From positions 105,462,001-105,526,000 of the forward strand of contig NC_042998.1 in assembly GCF_006345805.1 (NCBI RefSeq): DNA of 64,000 bases, written 5' to 3'. Under the pieces are notes generated by a model that saw only the letters and a list, made by a program, of their open reading frames with translations, did no database searches and was not told the origin of the DNA. This DNA is from Octopus sinensis (Eukaryota). Position numbers and translations under genes: made by a program. Below are positions 12,951-25,161 of this stretch, piece by piece (within the stretch, counting starts at the first letter, position 1; the number at the start of each line of letters is the position of its first letter).

Positions 12951-13483
12951 GTGGAGTGGTGCTTCATTTTTTTTACTTTTTTGTTTTATCAATGTTCAGG
13001 TATGGCTCTGTGATTGAGAAGTTTGGTTTGAAAACCATGGTTTTTGCTTCAGTCCCACTGCATAGCATCTTGAGTGAGTGCTTTCTGTCTCCTAAGCCAA
13101 CTAATGACTTGTGAGTGGATATGATAGATAATAGCTGCGCAAAAGCTTTGCATATGATGTCTGTCACCATATATATATACACACGCACATACATACATAC
13201 ATACATACATACATACATACATGCATACATATGTGTATATGTGTGTGTGTATGTGTGTGCTTTTATGCCCCATATATGCCTATAAGAGGTCTTCTCAATG
13301 CAAATACCACAGTATTCTAATGAAACATTCAGGTTAAGTTGGTCATAAAGATTGCCTCTTAGTATTAATATTGCCCTGTTGCTAATAATTGTGTGTGGGG
13401 GGGGAGAAAGGGACAGAGAGATGGGGAGGCAGAGAGAGAGGGTAGGAAAGAGAGAAAGAGAGAAAAAGAGAAAATAATATGGG

Positions 13484-14072
13484 TGTAGTGACCCTATAAC
13501 GGTGCGCGCTCGCGCACCGTCCATTTGTATTTTGCGCGTGTTGGTGCCTTTACCAAGGCACAGAAAGGAAGGGCCCTCTCGCGCATGCGCGAACCACCGG
13601 AAGCACGACCCTGGCCAAGGCAGGGGGTCGTAGAACGTTTGACCGCTGGCAGCAGCAGCGGGGACTTGGGACAGCAGCGATTGAAGGAGACGGTCACGCA
13701 TATTTTCTCTCCGTTCGAACTTGCTTCTAGCAGTCCTTACCAAAAGGCCTTTAACCTGGATTGTTGCAGACATCATCTTCTTCCTCCGGACGCCATTTTG
13801 ACCCTTTCTGTTTTGGCGGCTGAACATTGTAAATATTACAATCGATTAACTTTCAGCCTTGCGCGCCCAGAACCAAGGACATCAGATAACACACTTATTG
13901 TTACTGTTACCAAGAAAGAGAATAAAGTAGTATATATATATTTTACGTCTGCGTCTTGTTGTTTCTGACTGGTAGAATTCTGGATTATTAAAGCAACAGC
14001 TAGTGATTGCTTTCTTGTACCCCGAAAGTACAAGACAAGATATTCACATCACTCAACACTAAGCTCGTTACA
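13484..14072 (+). mobile_element. Solo LTR (Gypsy-like), 589 bp, 4-bp TSD TGGG
   Basis: TGGG|TGTAGTGACCC...GCTCGTTACA|TGGG gives TG...CA termini, TGTA/TACA terminal inversion and an exact 4-bp duplication. AATAAA at 13921 is followed by a GT/T-rich tract. The block is CpG-rich relative to its flanks. Confidence 0.88.
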
Positions 14073-14921
14073 TGGGCATAACTTGATTCTTTTTTTATTG
14101 CAATTGTTATATAAGTTTCAGTATCTGGCAACACATGATGCCATCCAATAGTGTCAACCAGTGGGTAAGTAAGTACAGCTTATAGGATCAGCATGGAACA
14201 AACTCATCATTAGACAATCCTTTTCGATTGTCTGACAATGTGCTTGATTTAACAAGTAGAATAAAGACATACCAAGTTATGCCCATGTTCTTTTCTCTCA
14301 TTGTTACTGAGATCTTATTTTCTCATAGCTCACCCCAACTCAGATATGGACAACTCATCGGTACTAGAGACACTGGAAATTTAATGCAGTTAACATTAGA
14401 GCCTAAACCTATGTTGCTTAATTGTCATTCAGCCATACCTGTATATATATATATAATATATATATATATATTATATATATATATATATAGGTGTGTGTTG
14501 TGTATGTAATTTGTGTATATTCAACTGATGAAAACGTTTTTTTCACATGATGTAATATCTTCATTTATCAATAAAAAAAATTTGTTGGAAACAGCTGTAG
14601 TGATTGAGCCATTATTCATCTGTTGTTATTTATTTATTATTCACCTTACTCAGAACCTGCTAATAGTATGGATCTGGGGAGGCTATTAAATGCTGTACAA
14701 TCAGTGTAGTCTGTTCCTAAATGCAGCCTTGAGACTTATAATATACTCAGTCAGGTGCAGTTAATTGTATATGTAACTGGAATAATAATCTGTCTGTATT
14801 TGAGCATGCATGTATTTGTTCTCCTGATTTAGTTGTATATGCAATTTCCTCTTTTTTTTTTTTGACCTGACCTGGTGCTTTACTGTTCAAGTACCTGATT
14901 CACTTGAATCCTGAACTGTTA

Positions 14922-15300
14922 TATCATCATCATCATCATTGGGTGGGACCCATACCATACTAGCATAGTTGGGATGGTTTGACAGGAACCAGCCAGGTAG
15001 AAGCCTGCACCAGACTTCTGTGACTCATTTGGCAGGATTTTTACAGCTGGATGCCCTTCCCACCCCCAACCACCCAGCTGAATGGTATTGGTGCTTTTTA
15101 CGTGGCACAAGCAGAAGCGAAGTCAGTTTTGGTAAGGTTTTTACAGCTGGTTATTCTTCAAAATGCCAACCACTTTACGGTATAGACTGGATGGTTTTTA
15201 AGTGGCACCTGTGCCATTGGTGGAGGTGATTTTGTGTCAGATGATGAAAGGTAATAGTGAGACAGAGAGACAGAAACAGGTGCCTTGTTGTAGGTAGGTA
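14922..15300 (-). mobile_element. RTE-related 3' end fragment
   Basis: (CAT)n tail then ...GGATGGTTTGACAGG...ACAGCTGGATGCCCTTCC, the reverse complement of the RTE terminus at 19800-19957. Confidence 0.65.
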
Positions 15301-16775
15301 GATACACACACACACACATATTCTATACACAGTACATCATGAATTTCTGCACTCATATTTAGAAAATTTAACATATTACATATAACATGCAATGTGATAA
15401 AATATGTTGCATGCACCAAATGTGGCAAAATTTGAAGAAGATATGACTGCTATTTCTAACAAATCAAGTGCTGTAATATAGCATGATTGGGTAACTATAT
15501 TGCCAGTGAATAGTATATTTCATGATTAGACTCTATTTAAATGTGTTAAAATAGTCAAGTTGTTGTTGTTTAACACCAAGATGAACTCTGATTGTACATA
15601 TCTATGAAGAAAAGCTTGATATTCTTGACTCTCCTGTTGTTTTGTATATCTAGAATGATATTGTCAAATGTGTGCTAAGGCAAGAAGATGAATCTGTCGA
15701 AAAGATAAAGCAAGCTTATAATGAATCACTATGATCAAATACTGGTGGATTCACAATCAAATTTGAATTATTCAACCAACTGAATTCCTACTCCTGAAAT
15801 TAAAGCATAAGCAGTTGAATATTCAGAAGCCCAAGGACATCACATAGGAGAAGATTGGTCATGATGCAGTTGTGGCTGTACCTTAACACAAATCCTTGAC
15901 TGAATAAGCATCACAACCTAGTGTTTGATAAGCAGTAAGGTCACACAATATATAGTTCCTAGAAACATGGTTCGTAAAAGAAGGAATGGCTATGGCTATA
16001 ATTCTTTGTATCAAGCTGAACTAGGTCTAAACAAGAAGAACAACTCAAAAATGTATGTATGATTATGTTTATAGAACATACATACATGCGTGAGTGTGTA
16101 GTTTTTATTCATGTATTTATCTAAAATATGTTGTACTTGAACCTACTTAGCACACTAAAATAGGAGTTTACACATACAAATCAAAATAAATCTATACAAA
16201 CATTGAAATATCAAAGCCTGATATACACTATGTTTCTGGTGAATGTGTACATGGGAAAAGAAATAACACATGTACCTCATTAAAGGTGAACTTCTAACTG
16301 ACGTCAACTAAATAAATTTCAAATTATATGGGAATTGATACAAGGAAATGAAACATCTGTCTTAGTTACTACAGCTAGAGTTGTAAAAATACTTTACAGC
16401 AGGAACTTCACAATTAAATATTAAAAATATATGTGGTCAACTTCTGAAATAAGTAAGGTTTTTAAATGCGGAGGGAAAAATAACTCACATTTGTAGCAAA
16501 TATGTATTTCATGAGTAAATACATTCTGAAGGGCTCAAAGGAAATACACACACGCACACACACACACTTACTCACTCACCACAAGCATAATGTTTCCTGA
16601 AATAAACAGAAAAATAAAAATGAAACTCACAACATAAAGGTATGTACGTGCTTTTTGTAAAGTTACAGAAGCAACTTAAAGCAGTTTATTTTATGAACCT
16701 TGAAATGACGACAGGCAAAGTTCATATCAGTGGGATTTTAACACAGAATGTAAAGAGCTGGAACAAACACTGCAA

Positions 16776-16823
<48 letters not shown>

Positions 16824-16826
16824 ATA

Positions 16827-17398
16827 CACAGATATGCAGGAAGTAAATAGACACATTTGGTTTTCAAAATTTCTGATCTAAGCATCTTAATATGTTTTCA
16901 GTGTAGAATTTACAATGTAATTGTTCTTTTTCATTCCAGATGCCATTATATTAAACATTTGTGAAGAGTAACCTTGCCATGCACAAAAAATTCAGCAGAA
17001 CTCAGATTTTCAAAGAGGTCATATTGTTTGGCAATCTGAGGCTGGTCTTAACCAGCAAAAAATTGCCAAAAATCTAATTCCTCTTGCTATTGTTAATAGA
17101 ATTATAGTGCAATTCGAAAGCCAAGGAAAAGAATCAACAGATTCTTGTCCCGGCTGACCTGGGCCCTCGGAAAGGAAGCTTCACTGTTTGAAGAGAATTG
17201 TGGAAAACGAACCCTGTTCAAAGGCTTCTGACATTGCAAAACAGCTAAAAGTTAGTCCAAGAATGTGTGTTACATATCTGCATAAGCTTGAGTATTATGG
17301 ATGAGCAGTTAGAAGAAAACCACTCCTTCAACCAATTAACATCAAGTAAAAGATTTTGCAAATTAAAGGTGTCTATTTACTTCCTGCATGCCTCTGTG
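16827..17398 (+). mobile_element. Internally deleted Tc1 element (same family as 58001-59278)
   Basis: TIRs CACAGATATGCAGGAAGTAAATAGACAC / GTGTCTATTTACTTCCTGCATG..CTGTG. Only the N-terminal HTH-coding part remains (SDFQRGHIV...LNQQKIAKN). Confidence 0.88.
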
Positions 17399-17731
17399 TG
17401 TGTATATATATATATATAATCATCATCATCATCATCATCATCATCAACATCAACATAATTTAACATCACCTTTTCCATGCTTGCAAGATTCAAACTAAAT
17501 GTGCTGAGGCAGATTTTCTAAAGCTAGATGCCCTTCCTGTGGCCAGTCCTCACCTGTTTCCAAGCAAAATAATATTTCTACATAACCAGAAATGTTTTTC
17601 ATGGAAGACTGGAAAAAAGTAGTATTGCTTGTATGATAATGATGTTCAAGACAAGAGTACATGCAAATAAACCTTCACACGCACAAACACACACACACTT
17701 GCATACTTACACACAAATATACACACACGCA

Positions 17732-18952
17732 GACGAATGGCTAATAAGGGCTGTACAGGCTCTATACAGAGAGGCTGTCAGCAAAGTAAGGATTGGCAAC
17801 GAATATAGTGAAGAATTCCGGGTAGAAGTAGGTGTACATCAGAGCTCAGCCCTCAGCCCCCTTTTATTCATCATAGTCCTCCAGGCAATAACAGAGGAAT
17901 TCAAAACAGGTTGCCCCTGGGAGCTCCTCTATGCTGATGACCTGGCCCTCATAGCAGAATCACTACCGGAACTAAAAAAGAAATTTCGGATGTGGAAACA
18001 AGGGTTAGAATCTAAGGGCCTTAGAGTAAATGTAGCGAAGACCAAAGTTATAGTATGCAGAAAGGCGAACTCAATACACCCCCCATCGGGCAGATGGCCC
18101 TGCTCAAGCTGTAGGAAAGGTGTAGGTAGAAACTCCATAAGATGCACCCAGTGTAAGCTATGGACGCATAAGAGGTGCAGCAACATCAAAGGGAAATTAA
18201 CTGATAAGATAGCTTTCATGTGCGGCAGATGCAAAGGGACAATAGACACCACAGACACTCAAAAAACTGATTCCATCACACTCCAGGGGGATAAACTAGA
18301 AGTAGTTGATAGTTTCCGCTACCTGGGTGACCAAGTTAGTAGTGGGGGTGGATGCTCAGAGAGTGTCACCACTAGAATACGAATAGCCTGGGCAAAGTTT
18401 AGAAAGCTCCTACCCCTACTGGCGACAAAGGGTCTCTCACTCAGAGTGAAAGGTAGATTGTATGATGCATGTGTGCGAACTGCCATGCTTCACGGCAGTG
18501 AAACATGGGCCGTGACTGCAGAGGACATGTGCAGACTTGAAAGAAATGAAGCTAGCATGATCCGCTGGATGTGTAATGTCAGTGGGAATGCACGACAGAG
18601 TGTAAGCACCCTGAGAGAAATGCTAGGCATAAGAAGCATCAGATGCGGTGTGCAAGAGCGACGCTTGCGATGGTATGGTCATGTACTGCGGATGGATGAG
18701 GAGAGATGTGTGAAGAAGTGCCACTCCCGAACAGTTGAAGGAATCAAGGGGAGAGGTAGACCCAGGAAGACATGGGATGAGGTAGTCAAGCATGACCTCA
18801 GAGCGTTGGGCCTCACTGAGGCAATGGCGAAGGACCGAGACCTCTGGAGATGTGCTGTGACTACTAAGACCCGGGATGCTCCCGGCACCAGTTCCGCATA
18901 CCCCCTGCCCATCCAAAGTACCTTGGATCCCGGAACATCTCGCTGTGCTTGA
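17732..18952 (+). pseudogene. RTE reverse transcriptase (C-terminal part, no own start) with embedded PHD-like finger
   Basis: GVHQSSALSPLLF, YADD (17930-17941), GLRVNVAKTKV, FRYLGD, MLHGSETW, RLRWYGHV and GRGRPRKTW are RTE RT/thumb motifs. The first ~33 aa of ORF 17633 come from flanking DNA. Confidence 0.9.
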
Positions 18953-19019
18953 GGAGACCTGTCGAGTCAAGTGCATATACATGAACATCGAACCAAATAT
19001 CAATGGAAACAGTAGTTGT

Positions 19020-19800
19020 GATACCTGTGCCGGTGACACATAGAAAGCACCATCTGATCGTGGCCGTCGCCAGTGCAGCCTTCACTCGCTTCTGTGCCGG
19101 TGGCACATAAAAAGCACCATCCGAACGTGACTGATGCCAACCCCGCCTCGAATGGCTTCTGTGCCGGTGGCACATGAATATCAAACCAAATATCAATGGA
19201 AACAGTAGTTGTGATACCTGTGCCAGTGACACATAAAAAGCACCATCCGAACGTGGCCGTTGCCAGTGCAGCCTCCACTGGCTTCTGTGCCGGTGGCACA
19301 TAAAAAGCACCATCCGAACGTGACCGATGCCAACCCCGCCTCGAATGGCTTCTGTGCCGGTGGCACATAAAAAGCAACATCCGAACGTGGCCAATGCCAG
19401 CACCGCCCCGACTGGCTTCTGTGCTGGTGGCACATAAAAAGCACCAACCCATCGTGGGATCCCGGAACATCTCGCTGTGCTTGAGGATACCAGTTGAGTC
19501 AAGTGCATGTACATGAACATCGAACCAAATATCAATGGAAACAGTAGTAGTTGTGATACCTGTGCCGGTGACACATAAAAAGCACCATCTGAACGTGGCC
19601 GTCGCCAGTGCAGCCTCCACTGGCTTCTGTGCCGGTGGCACATAAAAAGCACCATCCAAACGTGACCGATGCCAGCACCGCCATGACTGTCTTCTGTGCC
19701 GGTAGCACAAAAAAAAAAAAAAAAAAAAAAAAAAAGCACCAACTGATCGTGGCCGATGCCAGACCCCTCTGGCACCTGTGCAGGTGGCACGTAAAAAGCA
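19020..19800 (+). repeat. 67-bp tandem hairpin repeat array in the RTE 3' UTR
   Basis: Core CTGTGCCGGTGGCACATAAAAAGCACC at 19092, 19159, 19218, 19285, 19352, 19419, 19560, 19627 and 19694, with 67-bp spacing within runs. Confidence 0.9.
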
Positions 19801-20124
19801 CCCACTACACTCGCGGAGTGGTTGGCGTTAGGAAGGGCATCCAGCTGTAGAAACACTGCCAGATCAGACTGGAGCCTGGGGCAGCCCTGGCTCCCCAGAC
19901 CCCAGTCGAGCCGTCCAACCCGTGCTAGCGCGGAAAACGGACGTTAAACGATGATGATATGTGCACACAGACATACACACACACATAATAGGATCCTTTC
20001 AGTTTCCATCTGCTAAGTCCACTCACAAGGCTTTGGCTGACTCAGAGCTGTAGTAGAAGACACTTTTCCAAGGCACCACTGTGTGGTTGGGAACAAAACT
20101 TCTTGTACAGCCACACTATATACA

Positions 20125-20419
20125 CAGGGTGCCTCCACAAAATGTTTACAGTACAATGAATTAATGGCAGCCATTAAATGACAATGTGCACAATTGCCAA
20201 ACAAGATCTTCCTTGATGTGTGTGATTCTCTTGCTTTGCATTATCAGCAGTGCCTGAACCAAAATGATGATCAGTTTAGAAAAAGGCATTCATAGAAAAA
20301 AATTCATAGAAAAAATTAAACTCTGTCTATAAATTCTATTAAATTTTGAATATGACATGTATTTCAATAAACATTGGCTTTATAATTAGTCAATGCATTT
20401 CTGTGTTGGAGAACACCTG
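20125..20419 (+). mobile_element. Small Tc1/mariner deletion derivative
   Basis: Imperfect termini CAGGGTG...CACCTG|TA. Internal QQCLNQNDDQF resembles the extreme C-terminus of Tc1/mariner-type transposases. Confidence 0.45.
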
Positions 20420-20686
20420 TATATTTCAGTAAGCTAGTGTGAGGCCACCTAATTGAGTACAGTGCTTGCGTCTGTGGTGATACATCAAACCAGCTGTAGA
20501 TTTCCAGACAAAATCAATTTTCATGAATAATAATGTAAATGTAATGACAAGTTGGATTTGATTTTCATCTTCTGCCTGACCATTTTTAACATATCTAAAC
20601 TTGAGCACTCAGAGTCTCTTGTAACATAGTAGCATAGTTATTTTTTTACCTTATTCTATAATTTTGAGCTATTCTTTGAGAAGTTT

Positions 20687-20848
20687 ATGTTTATAGGTTC
20701 TAAGGAAATGTTACTTAATTAGTGTCAGAAGCTCCTTGCTTATATTGGTTGAAACTTCTAATCCACCATTTAACATAAATTTTCGACCAGCATAGCATGG
20801 AGCTCCCTGACACTAATTAAGAAACATGTTCCTTAAACCCATAAGCAT
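20687..20848. repeat. ~160-bp imperfect palindrome (MITE-like)
   Basis: TAAGGAAATGTTACTTAATTAGTGTCAG.AGCTCC is inverted as GGAGCTCCCTGACACTAATTAAGAAACATGTTCCTTA. Confidence 0.7.
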
Positions 20849-21299
20849 TCTAAGTACTTGAAGTCTTCAGCAACATTCAATTTGGAACCACTCAAAGCAA
20901 ACAACAGTTCAGCATTACTTGATTGGCTGAAAGACATGTATTCAGTTTTCTTGATGTTTGTGTGTAATCTAATTTTAACAGCTGACGTTTCTACTCTACT
21001 GAGCAGCTGTTGTACTTGATCTATTTCACTAGATCAGGCAAAGACGTCTGTGCTTACCTGGTCACTGTGTGTGCCACCCTGAACTGGAAGATTCCAAATT
21101 AGTCTTGTGGAACCCACTTCATGGTGATGCAAGAAGAGGAAAACATTGTCACACTTATATTGACAACTTGATTGTAGACACTGGCCTGAAAAATGTATCC
21201 AGAACCTTGAGGCAGTGATGATGGACTGAAAAGTGTGGCAGGTGGGCTTTGTTGCTGTGGCCCTAGTTAGAACCTGGTCATTAAACTTAGCAACCCCCA

Positions 21300-22060
21300 A
21301 AATCTCATGGTCAGTTACTCCTACTTAGACAACATAACTTCTAACTTTGCATACTACAACAGAAGTAAACACACACCTACACAACCATCAATACAAACCC
21401 CACTTGTAACTACCAGAATTCTACCACTGAGAGGATACGGCCTTCAAGGGTTATGGCCTATAGAATCACCCTCACACCATCCGATGACATTACAAGACAC
21501 TTCATGGACATGACAGTCAATGACTTCATGCGAAGACACACACAGCATATGTACTCCTTTGAGATGTCTTTTTTTTATCTGTCCTCTTTCATATTGAGAC
21601 TCTGTGACCATGTGACCATCAAAACAATTTCCCCAACATCAAATGGAGTATCATTGACAGAGTCCCTCCATACTCACCTGGATCTTGTAATCACCAACTC
21701 TGCCACCATGAGAGACCACACATACTCTACCAATCTTCACTATCTGTCAACTGGAAGAATGAACTAGCTTATTGTTGCCACCAGATGTACACTTTATTAA
21801 TGAACTTCAAGTCACTGACAGCTAACAATTCAGATACACCACCTAAGGCCTGGCAGCTCTATACTCAAGAGCTTGATACTTAATCCTTGCTTCCTGTATA
21901 GACTGCTTCTTTATCCATGTTGAGAATTCAACACAGCATCATCAAATTTTAATCCAGTGTCACCAAATCTTGTTACTCCTACAACACTCCACTCTGCCAT
22001 GTGTAGCAGCAAATGCAGCAACAACAGGTATCTGCCAACATCCTCTCCATCCACATAAGC
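21300..22060 (+). mobile_element. Old LINE fragment (AP-endonuclease region, CR1/L2/Jockey-like)
   Basis: CA-rich coding-like block with NDF...H and HLDLVIT motifs reminiscent of APE domains. Heavily decayed. Confidence 0.35.
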
Positions 22061-22486
22061 CTAAGAACAATGAAAATAAATATGTCACCTCTAGACCAAT
22101 AACACCCCATGACATGAGTTGACCAATAGAGGCCTAATATCTAGTTGCCATCTTGAATTTGTCTCATATCCTGTCACTCTATCTCCAAATGCCTGTCAAG
22201 TTCGGTTCATTCTGGAAGCCTACAAATATTAAGCTACATGGACCTGAGTCAAATAATATATGTGTGTGTATGTATGTATATATGTGTGTGTGTGTGTGTT
22301 ACATGGTAATGCTTCAACAAGTGGAAAAGCACTTGATTAGTTATAAAAGTTTAAACATTATCTGCTCAAAAGACAACTGACCAATGGTCTTGTTTTCAGC
22401 TTAATAAATGGCAGAACAAATTATTACAACCAGGAAACCCTGGTTAGCAGTAATTGCAAGATTTGTGGTTTTGTATTTTAATATTA

Positions 22487-22559
22487 TATGTATGCATGTA
22501 TGTATGTATGTATGCATATATGTATGTATGTATGTATATATGTATGTATGTATGTATGC

Positions 22560-22592
<33 letters not shown>

Positions 22593-22646
22593 TGTATGTA
22601 TGTATGTATGTATGTATGTATGTATATATGTATGTATGTATGTATG

Positions 22647-22680
<34 letters not shown>

Positions 22681-22755
22681 TGTATGTATGTATGTATGTA
22701 TGTATGTATGTATGTATGTATGTATGTATGTATGTATGTATGTATGTATGTATGC

Positions 22756-22788
<33 letters not shown>

Positions 22789-22820
22789 TGTATGTATGTA
22801 TGTATGTATGTATGTATACA
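22487..22820. repeat. (TATG)n microsatellite, ~330 bp
   Basis: Direct run; generates the YVCM/HTYI ORFs. Confidence 0.97.
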
Positions 22821-23363
22821 TACGTACAGATATGTATGTTTTGCTTTATGCATCAGTTTCCATGCATATAATTGTATATCTAGACATACTCGTATATACT
22901 CAAATGATAAACTTCTGGAAAGTTTTACATATTTTTACAGTTCTAGGGATGGCTTGGATCTGTAGTCTTCAAATCAGCTTTCTCCTTTCTGACCAAGGAA
23001 GGTCAAAATCACATGATCTGATGGCCCCAGTGCTGAAGATGGTGAAGATTTATCTCTCCACACAAGAGCATTTTGCACCAAAAGCCAATATGAGAGTTTC
23101 TCTCATGGCATCCACTACAGTATAGTTTGTTCTAATGGAACATCCACATATAAATGGGGATAAATATTACTTTTCAGAATTAATACTACCTCTCTCATTA
23201 ATAAACATTTTTCATCAGCAATATAAGTTCATTTTGCTTTGGTATACATTTTGTCTTTAAGGTATCTCTGTGAAGTGATTTTTCTTTCAGACAAAAACCA
23301 CAGCAGTAGGCTTTTTTTTTTTTGTTGTAAATACATAGGCTACACAAGTGACTCTGTGCGTGC

Positions 23364-23408
<45 letters not shown>

Positions 23409-23505
23409 TGCATGTGTCTGCATGTGTGTGTGTGTCCGCATGTGTATATGTGTGTTTGTATGTGTGCATAGGTAACTCTATTTATATCTATTTTTTTTTC
23501 TGCCT

Positions 23506-24421
23506 TTAACCCTCCAACGTGGAGTATAGGCCACTTATAATTGAATTCCATGTTGCATAATTTTTCACTTCTGTACTTATATTCTGCCATGAATGTCTCC
23601 CTTTCTCTAGTTCCTTTTGTGTTGATCTATGCCACAAGTTCTTAGGCCTACCTCTCTTTCTATATCCATCCGGTTTCCACTGTAAAGCACTTTTCGCTAC
23701 ATTTAGTGTGTTTTTTCTCATTGTGCTACCAATCCACTTCCACTTTTTCTTAAATATTTGCTCCCTAATCGAAACTTGAGTTGTTCTTTGCCATAGCTCC
23801 ATATTGCTTATGTGTTTGGGCCATCTAATTTTAAGTATACTACGCAAGCATCTGTTGATGAATGATTGTATTTGCTTATTTGACTTAACTGTTGTTCGCC
23901 ATATCTCAGCCCCATACAATAACACCGCTTTTACGTTAGTGATAAAAATTCTTATTTTGTTCTTTATTGAAATTACACTTGCGCTCCATACTTTTTTTAA
24001 CAGGTGAAAAGCGGTCCTTGCCTTAATTATTCTCGTCTTAATATCTTTGTTGGTGCCACCTGAAAACGTTATCTTACTACCTAAATACATAAACTCGGCT
24101 ACATCCTCTAGTTCACCAGTTTCTAGCTTAATACACTCTCTGTTTTCTTCATTAATGCACATAATTTTTGATTTGTCGAGGTTGATTTTCAATCCTTGTT
24201 TGGCAGTTATTGCTTCTAATTTTGACGTTTTATTTTGCCTTTGGCTATATTTTAGTGAAAATAGCGCTATATCATCTGCAAAGTCAAGATCTTCTAGAGC
24301 TTCCGCATCCGTCCATTCAATGCCTGTTTGGCTTTCAATTGTAGTTTCCTTCATAATCCAATCTATAACTACTAGAAATAAAAATAAAGAAAGTATACAG
24401 CTCTGTCGAACTCCTGTTTTT
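23506..24421 (-). mobile_element. RTE-clade LINE 3' fragment, second family (no PHD insert)
   Basis: Open 282-aa frame with LEDLDFADDIAL, GLKINLDKSKIM, FMYLGS, VLLYGAEIW, ILKIRWP and RKRGRPK. The KSK-to-YLG spacing is short. Confidence 0.92.
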
Positions 24422-25122
24422 ACTTATATCCATATCTATCCATATATACATACATTGTATATACATATATATGTGTCATATGATATATATTATACATATA
24501 CATACACATATATATGTATATGTATTTGTATAATATATATTATACATGTACATATACATATAAATGTATATGTATCTATCTACTTCTCTCTCTCTCCCTT
24601 TATCTCTCCCCTCTGTCTCCTTCCCTCTCTCTCTCTGTATATATATATATATTATACATAGTCACCATATTTCATTCTGTAACAGCTATCTCTGAAGAGC
24701 ACAGGGCTACATAATCGGACTGTTACTTAACACTTCATTGAACCCCTAGTGCAAAACCAATTGGTAAGATCAGCTGTAATGGGTATATAATACCATACAC
24801 TTTGATTAATATATATGTATATATCAATATATGCGTATATATAGTAGTATCTTATATTATATATATAGTAGCATCTTATGAAGTAATTTCCTATTTAGTA
24901 TTGTGTTCTTAGAAATTCTCATCATTTCAAATATATGTCTGTTACTATTTCAAATTTGAAGTGGAAGATATCCTCTTCAGTGAAGACTCACAACCAGCAG
25001 GATTACAGATACTCCATAATAACGATGATGATGATGTCAATGACAAGATGATGATGATGGGTGATGTGCCTGATGGCAGTGGTGGTGGGTTGGTGGTAGT
25101 GGTGCTATTGTTGTTGGTAATT

Positions 25123-25161
<39 letters not shown>

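Larger units (their letters stand above)
17730..19957 (+). mobile_element. 5'-truncated RTE-clade LINE, young copy
   Basis: Uninterrupted RT frame from ~17730 to the stop at 18952, a ~1-kb repeat-containing 3' UTR and the terminal GGACGTTAAACGATGATGAT. Confidence 0.95.

Noticed and set aside
12973-13968. ORFs of 284 aa (-) and 147 aa (+) over the GC-rich block as a host first exon
   Set aside because: Both are explained by the GC-rich solo LTR plus flanking microsatellites. The block has exact LTR termini and a TSD, and neither peptide has a recognisable domain.
19020-19800. CRISPR array or RT-linked repeat-spacer system
   Set aside because: The variable segments are homologous to each other and recur, there are no cas genes, the context is eukaryotic, and the array is part of a multi-copy RTE 3' UTR.
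18864-19856. 330-aa and 236-aa minus-strand repetitive ORFs
   Set aside because: Antisense read-through of the 67-bp tandem repeats; the same peptides appear in all three frames.
22401-23125. Long YVCM/HTYI ORFs, and similar ones at 10896-12622 and 60818-61364
   Set aside because: Stop-free microsatellite frames.
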